IMG/VR virus record: IMGVR_UViG_3300042317_001568
Span: 124,001 to 188,000 of that record
Strand: one strand, 5' to 3'
DNA: 64,000 bases
Both the position numbers and the translations under genes were made by a program. This document shows positions 25,904-34,089 of the stretch, piece by piece. The first letter of the stretch is position 1, and every line of letters starts with the position of its first letter. Under the pieces are notes generated by a model. The model was not told the DNA's origin. It made no database searches and was given only the letters and a program-made list of their open reading frames with translations.

Positions 25904-25994
25904 CGCAGAACGCCAGAGATGAATGGCTGCGAACACAGGAGCATGACACATGACAGACGAAAATGAGCAGTCCATTCCATCGCGTGGTTCTCAC
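25901..25994 (-). repeat. attC-like site E (loop contains SD and ATG of the next gene)
   Basis: GAAC-gccaga-GAT-GAATGG-CTGC...GCAG-t-CCATTC-c-ATC-gcgtg-GTT. Confidence 0.8.
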
Positions 25995-26261
25995 GGGGAG
26001 CCGTGCGCGTGGGCTGTGGTGCTTGCTGACGGCCAGCGAATCTACGATGTCTATGGCATCGAAGAAGAGGCCAAGGCGATTGACGAGGCAGTTACTGGGA
26101 ATCACGGCATCGTCCCGCTCTACCGCTCTCCCACGCTCACCGACGAGGAACGCGAGGCGCTTGCTGAAGCGATTGGAGCCTACAACGACAACGACGACGA
26201 CGAGGAATGTGCTAAGATTGCGGCCACGCTTCACGGCTTACTGAAGCGGCTGGGCGGTTAA
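25950..26261 (+). CDS. LTDEERE-family protein (paralog 4)
   Basis: EPCAWAV...VPLYR.PTLTDEEREAL...ATLHGLLKRLGG; starts inside site E. Confidence 0.7.
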   Translation: MTDENEQSIPSRGSHGEPCAWAVVLADGQRIYDVYGIEEEAKAIDEAVTGNHGIVPLYRSPTLTDEEREALAEAIGAYNDNDDDEECAKIAATLHGLLKRLGG

Positions 26262-26297
26262 TGTCAAGTTTTGTTGCAAAAAAACTAGGAGCAACTA

Positions 26298-26540
26298 ATG
26301 ACCGACAAAGAGAAAAACCGCAGTTACATAACAGCATGTGTTTCGTGCGGCGGGCGTATTCAGGTCACAAACGGCGTCAGTGGCAGGCACGAATGCTCTA
26401 AACGGCATGACGCCGCGCAAAAAGCTGCCGACACGCGGGCCTACGATGACGTGCCAACGCGGCGAAAACAATCCCTACTGACGCGGCTTTCAACCGGGTT
26501 TAAAATGCTGGCCGAAAAAGAAGACGACGACCCCGAGTGA
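26298..26540 (+). CDS. small zinc-ribbon-like protein
   Basis: AGGAG SD; CVSC...HEC. Confidence 0.6.
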   Translation: MTDKEKNRSYITACVSCGGRIQVTNGVSGRHECSKRHDAAQKAADTRAYDDVPTRRKQSLLTRLSTGFKMLAEKEDDDPE

Positions 26541-26612
26541 CCTGTCGCAAAAACGGAAAAATAGCGACAAGTTTTGGCAATATGTCGCCGGTAACAACAT
26601 CAGGAGGATAAC

Positions 26613-26813
26613 GTGACCGACAAAGAAATTGAGCAAAAGTTGAGTTTGTGGGGAGCCGGCCGGCCAAAGACCGCCGAGGGGCAGTTAGCCTTGCAAGCCG
26701 CAGACGTTATTTCCAAACTTCGTGCCGATCTGAAATATGAGCGCGCCCGCGCTGATTTGAATGACCACACTGAAGAATTAAGAGAACTGTACGCAAAAAA
26801 TAAGGCGCAATAA
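26613..26813 (+). CDS. hypothetical protein
   Basis: AGGAGG SD with GTG start. Confidence 0.55.
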   Translation: MTDKEIEQKLSLWGAGRPKTAEGQLALQAADVISKLRADLKYERARADLNDHTEELRELYAKNKAQ

Positions 26814-27211
26814 TGAGTCCAGAACTTGAACAACAACTGATCAAAAAATACCCTGCGCTATTTCAAGATACAGACAAACCGGCAACGGAAAGTCTGATGT
26901 GCTTTGGCTGCGAGTGCCGTGACGGCTGGTACAACATTATTGAGAGCGCGTGCGGAATCATTTCTCACTACATCGAGCAACGGCGAAAAACAAACGACCT
27001 TTCGTCATTTCGCTGGATGCAGATTAAAGAAAAATTCGGCACGCTGCGGCTGTATCACTCCGGCGACGCAGACGAATACATTTTGGGTGTAACTGACATG
27101 GCGGAAGACCTTTCCGGTTCTGTTTGTGAAGTGTGCGGAAATGTTGGCCAGCTGTGCGGTACTGGGTGGTATCAAACACTCTGCCCTGAGCACGAAAAGC
27201 TTCTTCCGTGA
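26813..27211 (+). CDS. conserved phage protein (GW..II...QIKEKFGTLR.Y...CEVCG...GW..TLC..H)
   Basis: widespread phage family motif. Confidence 0.8.
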   Translation: MSPELEQQLIKKYPALFQDTDKPATESLMCFGCECRDGWYNIIESACGIISHYIEQRRKTNDLSSFRWMQIKEKFGTLRLYHSGDADEYILGVTDMAEDLSGSVCEVCGNVGQLCGTGWYQTLCPEHEKLLP

Positions 27212-27259
27212 TGGCGGTTATCGGCAAAAGCTGGTAGAATATGCCCGAGGAATTTTGCC

Positions 27260-27841
27260 GTGTTTAGTGCCGCACACATGTCAAAAGCCGAGTTGGATTT
27301 TATTCGTTTGTACGTGCAGATCACGCACAAACGCTTTGCGGCATTGCAGGCCGTGTTGAGCTTGGCGCATCCAGACAATCTGGCGCTTTTGGACATGGTG
27401 CACGCTACAGAATTGGTAGCGCACATGGAGCGGCTACAAAACGATTTTGACGGGCAGATACAGCAACTCCAGTTAAAACACAATATTCCGTCTAAACGTT
27501 TGCCGCCTGCCCCGCCAACAAATGAGCAACTGGCCGACATTGTTGTCATGTCATTTTTCAAAGTTGTCGGCGTAATGAACGCGACAAACGGTTTGATGGC
27601 AAAGACAAAACAAAACGGGTGGTTTAGCGGTAAACCCAAAGAGTGGAATGATCTTTTCGACAAGCTGGCGACCGACTTACCCGAAAACCAAATGGATTCG
27701 GCGCTGTCGCCTTATCTAAAATCTGTCGCCAAGTTTTTTCCAAAATATTATCCCCCCGGGAACTGGTCAAAGTTGTTTCCGCCTCCGCAGCAAGAATTTT
27801 ACGAAGACGACGAATACGACGAAGAGTGGGACAACGAATAG
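27260..27841 (+). CDS. hypothetical protein
   Basis: 193-aa ORF with acidic tail. Confidence 0.6.
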   Translation: MFSAAHMSKAELDFIRLYVQITHKRFAALQAVLSLAHPDNLALLDMVHATELVAHMERLQNDFDGQIQQLQLKHNIPSKRLPPAPPTNEQLADIVVMSFFKVVGVMNATNGLMAKTKQNGWFSGKPKEWNDLFDKLATDLPENQMDSALSPYLKSVAKFFPKYYPPGNWSKLFPPPQQEFYEDDEYDEEWDNE

Positions 27842-29031
27842 GAGGGCCTATGCGGCCGTTGTTTGTTTTTTGTGCTGATTTGCATTTGGAAGATGGCGCT
27901 TGGACTTCTCGGATAAACATCTACGGCGACGCGTATTACAGTTTTAAGCAGATCGTAGACCACTGCATTGAGCACAAACTGCCGCTCATACTTGGCGGCG
28001 ACGTGCTGGAAAAGAAAAGCAATGCGGCGCGTCCAATTGCAAAACTGTGCGCCGAGCTGACCCGCATGCAGGACGCCAAACTCCCGGTGTACTACATTCA
28101 GGGTAATCACGAATATGATCGCTATGCGCCGTGGCTAAGCGTGCACCCGTGGCCGACGCACATGCATAACCTCACAGTGGTGTTCGACAACGTCAGCGTG
28201 CACGGCATCGATTGGTTACCAAAGGGAGAAATTCAAAAAGCGCTCAAAGATGTTCCGGCGACTACAGCCGTACTTGTCACGCATCAGGTGTGGCAAGATT
28301 TTATGGGCACCGTTGGGCGAACCGAATGCGATTTGTCGGAGGTGCACTACGCACACACAGTCCTCGCCGGTGACTTTCACGTTACAAAAGTAGCTGAAGG
28401 TACAAACGCGCAAGGAAAACCGATTCGCATGTTGTCTCCGGGTTCAACTGCTATGCAAGACATCGGCGAAGAACCCGAGAAGTTTTTCTTCGTTATTTGT
28501 GTTGACGAAGCGGGCAAAATTGTTTTCGCCCCGCATCGGCTGCAGACACGCAAATTTTTGAGTTATGTTGTTAAAACAGCGGAAGAGCTGGACGAACTGT
28601 GCGCCGGCAAACTGGCAAACGCTGTTGACCGGGTACTACAGGCGGCCCGGCTTTACGTTCCGCCAGAACTAGCAAAACCACTGGTTCGGGTGAAATTCAA
28701 CAAAAACCTTCCGGACGCTTATCTTCGAATCACGACGGCCGGCGCTGACATAGCGCATTTGTTTTGCGACGCCATTGCGGATCGTGACGATGAGAACAAA
28801 GACCGCCCCGCCCGCCCGCGAGATGAAACAAAAAACGACTTACTGCACGCAATCGCCGAGCTGCTTGGCGACGACACAGATGAATATCGCTTCGCGCAAG
28901 AAATACTTGCGGCTACAAATCCAAAGCGGCTCGTTGAGTCGCACCTACACGAATATGTGAAAGGGGCAGGCAATGCAGCTATTACGGCTGGAAGTTCAGA
29001 ACTGGGTGCACCACCGGAAACGGGTTTGTGA
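27826..29031 (+). CDS. sbcD: SbcD/Mre11-like metallophosphoesterase nuclease (probable start ATG 27850)
   Basis: ADLHL, GGD, QGNHE, THQ, GDFH, PGS motifs; adjacent to an SMC ATPase. Confidence 0.88.
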   Translation: MGQRIGGPMRPLFVFCADLHLEDGAWTSRINIYGDAYYSFKQIVDHCIEHKLPLILGGDVLEKKSNAARPIAKLCAELTRMQDAKLPVYYIQGNHEYDRYAPWLSVHPWPTHMHNLTVVFDNVSVHGIDWLPKGEIQKALKDVPATTAVLVTHQVWQDFMGTVGRTECDLSEVHYAHTVLAGDFHVTKVAEGTNAQGKPIRMLSPGSTAMQDIGEEPEKFFFVICVDEAGKIVFAPHRLQTRKFLSYVVKTAEELDELCAGKLANAVDRVLQAARLYVPPELAKPLVRVKFNKNLPDAYLRITTAGADIAHLFCDAIADRDDENKDRPARPRDETKNDLLHAIAELLGDDTDEYRFAQEILAATNPKRLVESHLHEYVKGAGNAAITAGSSELGAPPETGL

Positions 29032-31126
29032 GTTTACCCGCGGCCTTGTCGCCATCCTTGGCGAAAATGGTTCCGGCAAAAGCAGCTTGTTCGGCGCGGT
29101 CAGCTGGCTGCTTACTGGAGAAAACCCCAACTACGGCACTAAAGCCGAAAACATCTCTCAATACGCCGAAAACGACGAGCCGGCTTTTGCGCGACTTGAG
29201 TTTGAGCACAACGGCCATATCGCCGTAGTAACTCGCTGGCTTCGGCCCGAAAAAGAAACAGCCACGATGCTCGTCGACGACGTCGAGGTGGCCAGAGGCG
29301 ACAAAAGCGTCACCGCGGCTATTGAGCAGTTGCTTGGAATTGACGCCAAGTTTATTTCGCGGTTTATCATTGTTGGTCAGCTAGACATTTTTTCGTTTAT
29401 TGACCAACGGCAGAGCGAAGTCGACACTTTTTTTCAGCACCTCTTCGGCACAGCAAAAGCTCAAAAATGCGCCGCTGCCGTAGGCGACGTTCTTCTGACA
29501 GCAAAGCCACCCGAGATATTGCGCACGTCGGCGGAGCTGCAGTTGGTAAGAGACGCGTTGGCTACAAAAATAAAAGACGCTCAGGACCGCGTCGACGCTA
29601 TTCCGACAATTGACGCATTTTTGAAAATGCAGCAGGTAGATCAGGCTATTATCGAGCAATGGCGTTTACGTGAAAAACTTGGCGCAGAGCTTTCAGCACT
29701 TGAGCAGCGGGAAAAAGAGTACGCAAAAGAGCTGCAAATAGATGACGACCAGTTGACTCAGTACGCTGCTGATCTCGCCGCGCTTACCGAGTCCGCTGAC
29801 ACTCAAGACGCAGACTACACATCGGCGAAGGTTGCTTTAGCGCATTGGGGCAACTACAAGACTATTGCTAGCCAACGCCGACAGATTGAAACACAGCGCG
29901 CGGGAATCGCTACTGCTCGAAACGAGAATATACGCCCGGAACCAGTGACGCAGTCGGTGATTGACATGGCTGCGCAAAAGTATGCGCATTTGCATCAAGA
30001 GATCACGCGGCTGCGAAATTTTGTTAGCGCTTTTTCAAAGGCCGGCACAGCCGAATGTCCGACGTGTCATACGCCGACCGCGAACTTACAGGCGCAACTC
30101 GATGAGTCGAAAAAGTTGTTGCCGATTCTGCAAGCACAGGCCGTAGACGCGCAAGAAGCCTTGACAGAGCTGCGAAAAGCCGCAGACGGTTATGCAAAGT
30201 GGGAAAAGACAGATCACGAATTATCGGTACGGGAACAGGCGCTTCAAACATCACTAGCGCAACTTACAGCCGTCTCCCCCCCGACAGATGACGAAACGAT
30301 TCTGCAGCAAACTGTAATAGATTACGAGGAGTTGCAGGCGGCAAAAATCGGGCTTAATGAGCTGCTTCAAAAGCTTCGTGAGCACCGCGCCCAGCTTGCC
30401 GGAGTCGCTACCACAATCGCGGAACGGAAAAGCGAAATAGATCAATCTGTCGCGGTTATTTCTACGACTCAGGCTGACGCACATTTGGCTTCTTTACGGT
30501 TGGAAAAACTCAAAGAGCGGTGTGCTTTGCGGCAGTCACTAGAGCGCGAATTTGAAGAACTTCGTTTTTCTGATCGACAATTAGCCGAGCAGCAGGCAAA
30601 TAGTCAAAAACTGGAGGAGGAGGCAGCCCGGCTTAAAAACTGGACAGAGCAAGCGACGCGCGTTCGGGAGGCTTTCAAGAGTGCCCCGCGGCTTGTGGCT
30701 ACAAGAAATCTGCAGCGGCTGGAGACAGCCATTAACGAGCTGCTGCAAATTTTTAGCGTGAACTTTTTAGTCCGCGTCGCCACCGACGGTACCCCCACGT
30801 TTGTGGCCGAATTTTATGACGGGCGAAAACAAGTTGCGCAGCGGTTGTCCGTCGGGCAGAAAACAGTTTTGGCGCTTGCGTTTCGCGTAGCGTGTAATGC
30901 AATGTTTGCAGAAGAAATTGGTTTGCTTGCGCTCGACGAGCCTACCGCTGCTTTGGATTCTGTGCGTATTCAAGCGCTCGCTCCGGTTCTGGAAAAGCTA
31001 CGAGAACTATCGACGGCAAAAGGGTTACAATGTCTATTGGTGACGCACGCGTCTTCTTTGTCGCATTTGTTTGAGTCGACGATAGAACTCGAAGCACCGG
31101 AAACCCGCCATGTCAAAAAATTATGA
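28973..31126 (+). CDS. sbcC: SbcC/Rad50-like SMC ATPase
   Basis: GENGSGKS Walker A, coiled coils, CPTC zinc hook, LSVGQ signature, LDEPT Walker B, VTH. Confidence 0.92.
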   Translation: MQLLRLEVQNWVHHRKRVCEFTRGLVAILGENGSGKSSLFGAVSWLLTGENPNYGTKAENISQYAENDEPAFARLEFEHNGHIAVVTRWLRPEKETATMLVDDVEVARGDKSVTAAIEQLLGIDAKFISRFIIVGQLDIFSFIDQRQSEVDTFFQHLFGTAKAQKCAAAVGDVLLTAKPPEILRTSAELQLVRDALATKIKDAQDRVDAIPTIDAFLKMQQVDQAIIEQWRLREKLGAELSALEQREKEYAKELQIDDDQLTQYAADLAALTESADTQDADYTSAKVALAHWGNYKTIASQRRQIETQRAGIATARNENIRPEPVTQSVIDMAAQKYAHLHQEITRLRNFVSAFSKAGTAECPTCHTPTANLQAQLDESKKLLPILQAQAVDAQEALTELRKAADGYAKWEKTDHELSVREQALQTSLAQLTAVSPPTDDETILQQTVIDYEELQAAKIGLNELLQKLREHRAQLAGVATTIAERKSEIDQSVAVISTTQADAHLASLRLEKLKERCALRQSLEREFEELRFSDRQLAEQQANSQKLEEEAARLKNWTEQATRVREAFKSAPRLVATRNLQRLETAINELLQIFSVNFLVRVATDGTPTFVAEFYDGRKQVAQRLSVGQKTVLALAFRVACNAMFAEEIGLLALDEPTAALDSVRIQALAPVLEKLRELSTAKGLQCLLVTHASSLSHLFESTIELEAPETRHVKKL

Positions 31127-32054
31127 CGAGACTGTAATGCGGTTGCACACAGACCAAAACGGTATTGTGTGGTTTGCACGCGGCCTAGACGCGCCGACGT
31201 CTTCCGAAAAAAATACAGACACGTTTATGCTGACGCCGGTTTGTTCTGGCAAAAGCGCGGTATTTCGGTTAATTGGAGCTGCGCAAAACGCTGAACTAAT
31301 TTGCGGGCTTTTTTTACGGTTGCGTCAAAAAGAAGTCTTATCTGTTGAGTTGGGCGGACCGAATATTTTTGACGACAATTTGCGACAACTTGACGCGCAG
31401 CAGGTTGTTATGCGCATGAATGGTGTTCGTTTACCGGCATCCCGTGGCGGCTGGCACTCAGCAACCTACGCCGACTACAACATATACGGCTTGCTGGCGC
31501 GTTTAAACCGAAACGGTTTTATGCCGGATACGCCGGCTAAGATTCATTTTGGTTCGCACCCAATTGCAAAAATTCTTCAGTTTATTCCAACACTGTCAGA
31601 GTCAGACGCGGCGGTCTTTGCTGCTACCGTCATCGACCCGCGTTGGTTTTCTGATCGGCGCACAACTGATTGCACTAAAAACGTGTTTAACTTTTTGGGG
31701 CTTACGCCGGCGTCGCAGCGCCGCGTGAGCGATCCGACTGCAATTTTAACGCGTGTTCGTGACGTACGTTGCGCTAGAGTTTTGGCCGCGTGGAAAAGCA
31801 AAGAAATTTCTCCGGACAGCGTAGACCTGAAAAACCCGGCAAATTTTTTGTACCGTATTTGGCACGCTGCCGGCGGTGGGCCAAAGGGGGACTTGCGAGC
31901 TTCGCAGGCTTTTGTACAGTATGCGGTGTCGAACTGGCTGTCAGCGCTGGAGCAGCGCGCCGGAGTCAGGGACGGGCTATTTGCGCCTAACCTGTATTTC
32001 AAAACACCAGCCGAGCAAAAAGCTTACACGCAATACGCCGCGGCCGTTTCGTGA
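31110..32054 (+). CDS. divergent IS110-C-terminal/Nop-domain-like protein
   Basis: HPIAKILQFIPTL...AAVFAATVIDPRWF...VFNFLGLTP resembles the IS110 pattern L..IPGIG...AA....D..RF.....GL.P; closing helix RASQAFVQY..NW. Confidence 0.5.
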   Translation: MSKNYDETVMRLHTDQNGIVWFARGLDAPTSSEKNTDTFMLTPVCSGKSAVFRLIGAAQNAELICGLFLRLRQKEVLSVELGGPNIFDDNLRQLDAQQVVMRMNGVRLPASRGGWHSATYADYNIYGLLARLNRNGFMPDTPAKIHFGSHPIAKILQFIPTLSESDAAVFAATVIDPRWFSDRRTTDCTKNVFNFLGLTPASQRRVSDPTAILTRVRDVRCARVLAAWKSKEISPDSVDLKNPANFLYRIWHAAGGGPKGDLRASQAFVQYAVSNWLSALEQRAGVRDGLFAPNLYFKTPAEQKAYTQYAAAVS

Positions 32055-32057
32055 CCT

Positions 32058-32552
32058 ATGCAGGAAGTAGCAATCACTCTGCGGTTTAACCGTGTCTGTC
32101 TAGGCGCTGCCAGACGACGACGCAACGGGCAAACTATATTTTGCTTTGACCGTGATCCGGACGGCAGAGTGATGTTTATGCCCGCGGCGTGGCTGTCGTG
32201 TATGCGGTACGCTGCCAAGCTCTACAACCGATTCCATACAGACGTAAAAAACATCGATTGGTGTCCGCTTGTAATGGGTACGCCAAAACCAGACTGGCGG
32301 CGAACAATCATTTCAAACGCCAACAAAGAAGACACCCGGGCGCATTTTGCCGTGCATGAAGCCTTCAAGCCCGGCGACAAAATCACGTTGAGCGCTGTAT
32401 TGCCGCAAGAAATTGGCGTGGAAGATTTTACCTACATGTTGACAATTGTCGGCAAATACCGCGGCTTCTCGCCGTTTAACAACAATCAAGAAAAATATGG
32501 CACATTCGAAGTCATCTCAGTCGACCCAATCGCCGGACCCGGATCGGAATAG
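32058..32552 (+). CDS. RAMP/Cas7-like RRM-fold protein
   Basis: VAITLRFNRVCLG first strand, FDRDPDGR, HEAFKPG..I, terminal G-loop L..VGKYRGFSP...KYGTFEV. Confidence 0.55.
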   Translation: MQEVAITLRFNRVCLGAARRRRNGQTIFCFDRDPDGRVMFMPAAWLSCMRYAAKLYNRFHTDVKNIDWCPLVMGTPKPDWRRTIISNANKEDTRAHFAVHEAFKPGDKITLSAVLPQEIGVEDFTYMLTIVGKYRGFSPFNNNQEKYGTFEVISVDPIAGPGSE

Positions 32553-34089
32553 GTTTGCGGGTCTGCGTGTCGTTATCCATAAAACGGGTAACGTGTTGCG
32601 GCTGATGGGCGAGAACAATACGCCCCTGCCGCCTGAACTAATTAAAGCTGTTACGCGCGGCCTGCAGTATTCGCACGTCGAGCAGCTTCACGGAAAGTCG
32701 CACCGTAACCCAATTACGGGGCAGCGGCTGTTTTTCCAGACACGGGAATACAAACTATACCGCGTCGAGAACGGCCAGATTACTTTGCTTTTCGGCTACA
32801 CTGCCCGAGCGCTTAAACGCCTCCGGCGGCTCGGTTGCGAAATTGCGTTTTTTGACCTAAGCCCGGCACGTGCGCGACCAAACTGTTATGTCCCGCAATG
32901 GGAGGGTCTTGCCGGCCGCATCGAGTTCCGCGCCCGGCAGGACGAGTGTTTAAATACGATTGCCCGCGTACCTTGTGGCATCATCAAAGCAGTTACGGGC
33001 TTCGGCAAGACGACACTGATCGGAGCTGCCGCGCTGCTGTTTCCTGAGGCGCGTATTGATGTCGTCACAAAATCTGTCGACGTCGCTGAGCGTATTGTGC
33101 GCAGTCTGCGGCGGTTCGTGCCAAAGGTCGGACTCATTGGTGACGGCTCCCGCCGCCGTGAGCGCGTCACAGTAATCACCGCCGGCAGTTTGGCGCACGC
33201 CGACGGCGACGCGGATTTTTTGTTTGCAGACGAAGTGCATCAGTTGGCCACAATCAACTTCTCGACAACGATAGCGGATCGGTACCGCAACTCACGCAAC
33301 TTCGGTTTGAGCGCCACGCCGTATGCTCGGATGGACAACGCGCACGAAGTTTTGGAGCCGTTGTTCGGCCCGATGATTTTTGAGTTGACGTATCAGCAAG
33401 CGGTCGAGCTCGGGCTCGTCGTGCCTGTTCGCGTCAAATGGCTGCCTATCAGGCTCAGTCACAATCCTGCAGAACGGTTTCAGAATCGTATAGCGAGAAA
33501 ACGGTACGGCATCTGGACAAACCATGAGCGGAACCGTATGATCGCCGAAGCCGTTCGCGAGTATCCAGAAGAGTCTCAAATTCTGATACTCGTTGAGACC
33601 ATTGAGCACGCTGTTTATTTGGGGGCGCAATTACCGGAGTTTACGCTGGTGTATTCCAGCATGGATAACTATGACTGCTCTAAGTACAGAAAAATGGGTT
33701 TGCTGCCAAAAGACTACAGGCCCATCTCCGACATTCAAAAGCACAATTTCCGCGACCAGTTTGAACGTGGTGAATTACGGCGCGTAATAGCCACGGATGT
33801 GTGGTCTACGGGCGTTGACTTTGAGCAGTTGAATGTACTTGTGCGTGCCGATGATCGTGACAGCGACATTGTGGACGTTCAAGGTCCCGGTCGTGTCAGC
33901 CGTATTTACACGGCTCCTGACGGCACATCAAAAGAGGTCGGCGAAGTAATAGACTGCATGGACGTATTCGATCCCACTTTTTACAAGAAAAGCGCTGGTC
34001 GTCGTGATAGCTACAAACTACTTGGATGGGAGCAGAATTGGAATGATGCTCAAAGAAACTGGCGCAATATCCCCAACCATGAGCCGTGA
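32446..34089 (+). CDS. superfamily 2 DNA helicase (UvsW/ResIII-like); start uncertain
   Basis: Q motif RARQ, TGFGKT, DEVH, SAT, STGVD, QGPGRVSR. Confidence 0.9.
   Translation: MSANTAASRRLTTIKKNMAHSKSSQSTQSPDPDRNRFAGLRVVIHKTGNVLRLMGENNTPLPPELIKAVTRGLQYSHVEQLHGKSHRNPITGQRLFFQTREYKLYRVENGQITLLFGYTARALKRLRRLGCEIAFFDLSPARARPNCYVPQWEGLAGRIEFRARQDECLNTIARVPCGIIKAVTGFGKTTLIGAAALLFPEARIDVVTKSVDVAERIVRSLRRFVPKVGLIGDGSRRRERVTVITAGSLAHADGDADFLFADEVHQLATINFSTTIADRYRNSRNFGLSATPYARMDNAHEVLEPLFGPMIFELTYQQAVELGLVVPVRVKWLPIRLSHNPAERFQNRIARKRYGIWTNHERNRMIAEAVREYPEESQILILVETIEHAVYLGAQLPEFTLVYSSMDNYDCSKYRKMGLLPKDYRPISDIQKHNFRDQFERGELRRVIATDVWSTGVDFEQLNVLVRADDRDSDIVDVQGPGRVSRIYTAPDGTSKEVGEVIDCMDVFDPTFYKKSAGRRDSYKLLGWEQNWNDAQRNWRNIPNHEP

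Larger units (their letters stand above)
24845..25994 (-). mobile_element. integron-like cassette array (five attC-like sites, four cassettes, no integrase in window; CALIN-like)
   Basis: five AAC..GAT..ATC..GTT hairpins with extrahelical C and T, each separating single ORFs; permuted terminal-box complementarity. Confidence 0.8.

Noticed and set aside
24845-25994. CRISPR array or REP/terminator interpretation of the repeated hairpins
   Set aside because: Repeats are not sequence-identical, the spacers are whole genes of about 170-250 bp, and there are no U-tails; the bulge pattern and box permutation fit attC-like sites.
31110-32054. Active IS110 insertion sequence
   Set aside because: No recognisable DEDD catalytic N-terminus, no non-coding ends for a bridge RNA, and the gene is tightly coupled to its neighbours.
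32058-34089. Bona fide CRISPR-Cas locus (Cas7 plus Cas3)
   Set aside because: No array and no cas1/2/5/6/8; the helicase lacks an HD domain and looks like a phage SF2 helicase.
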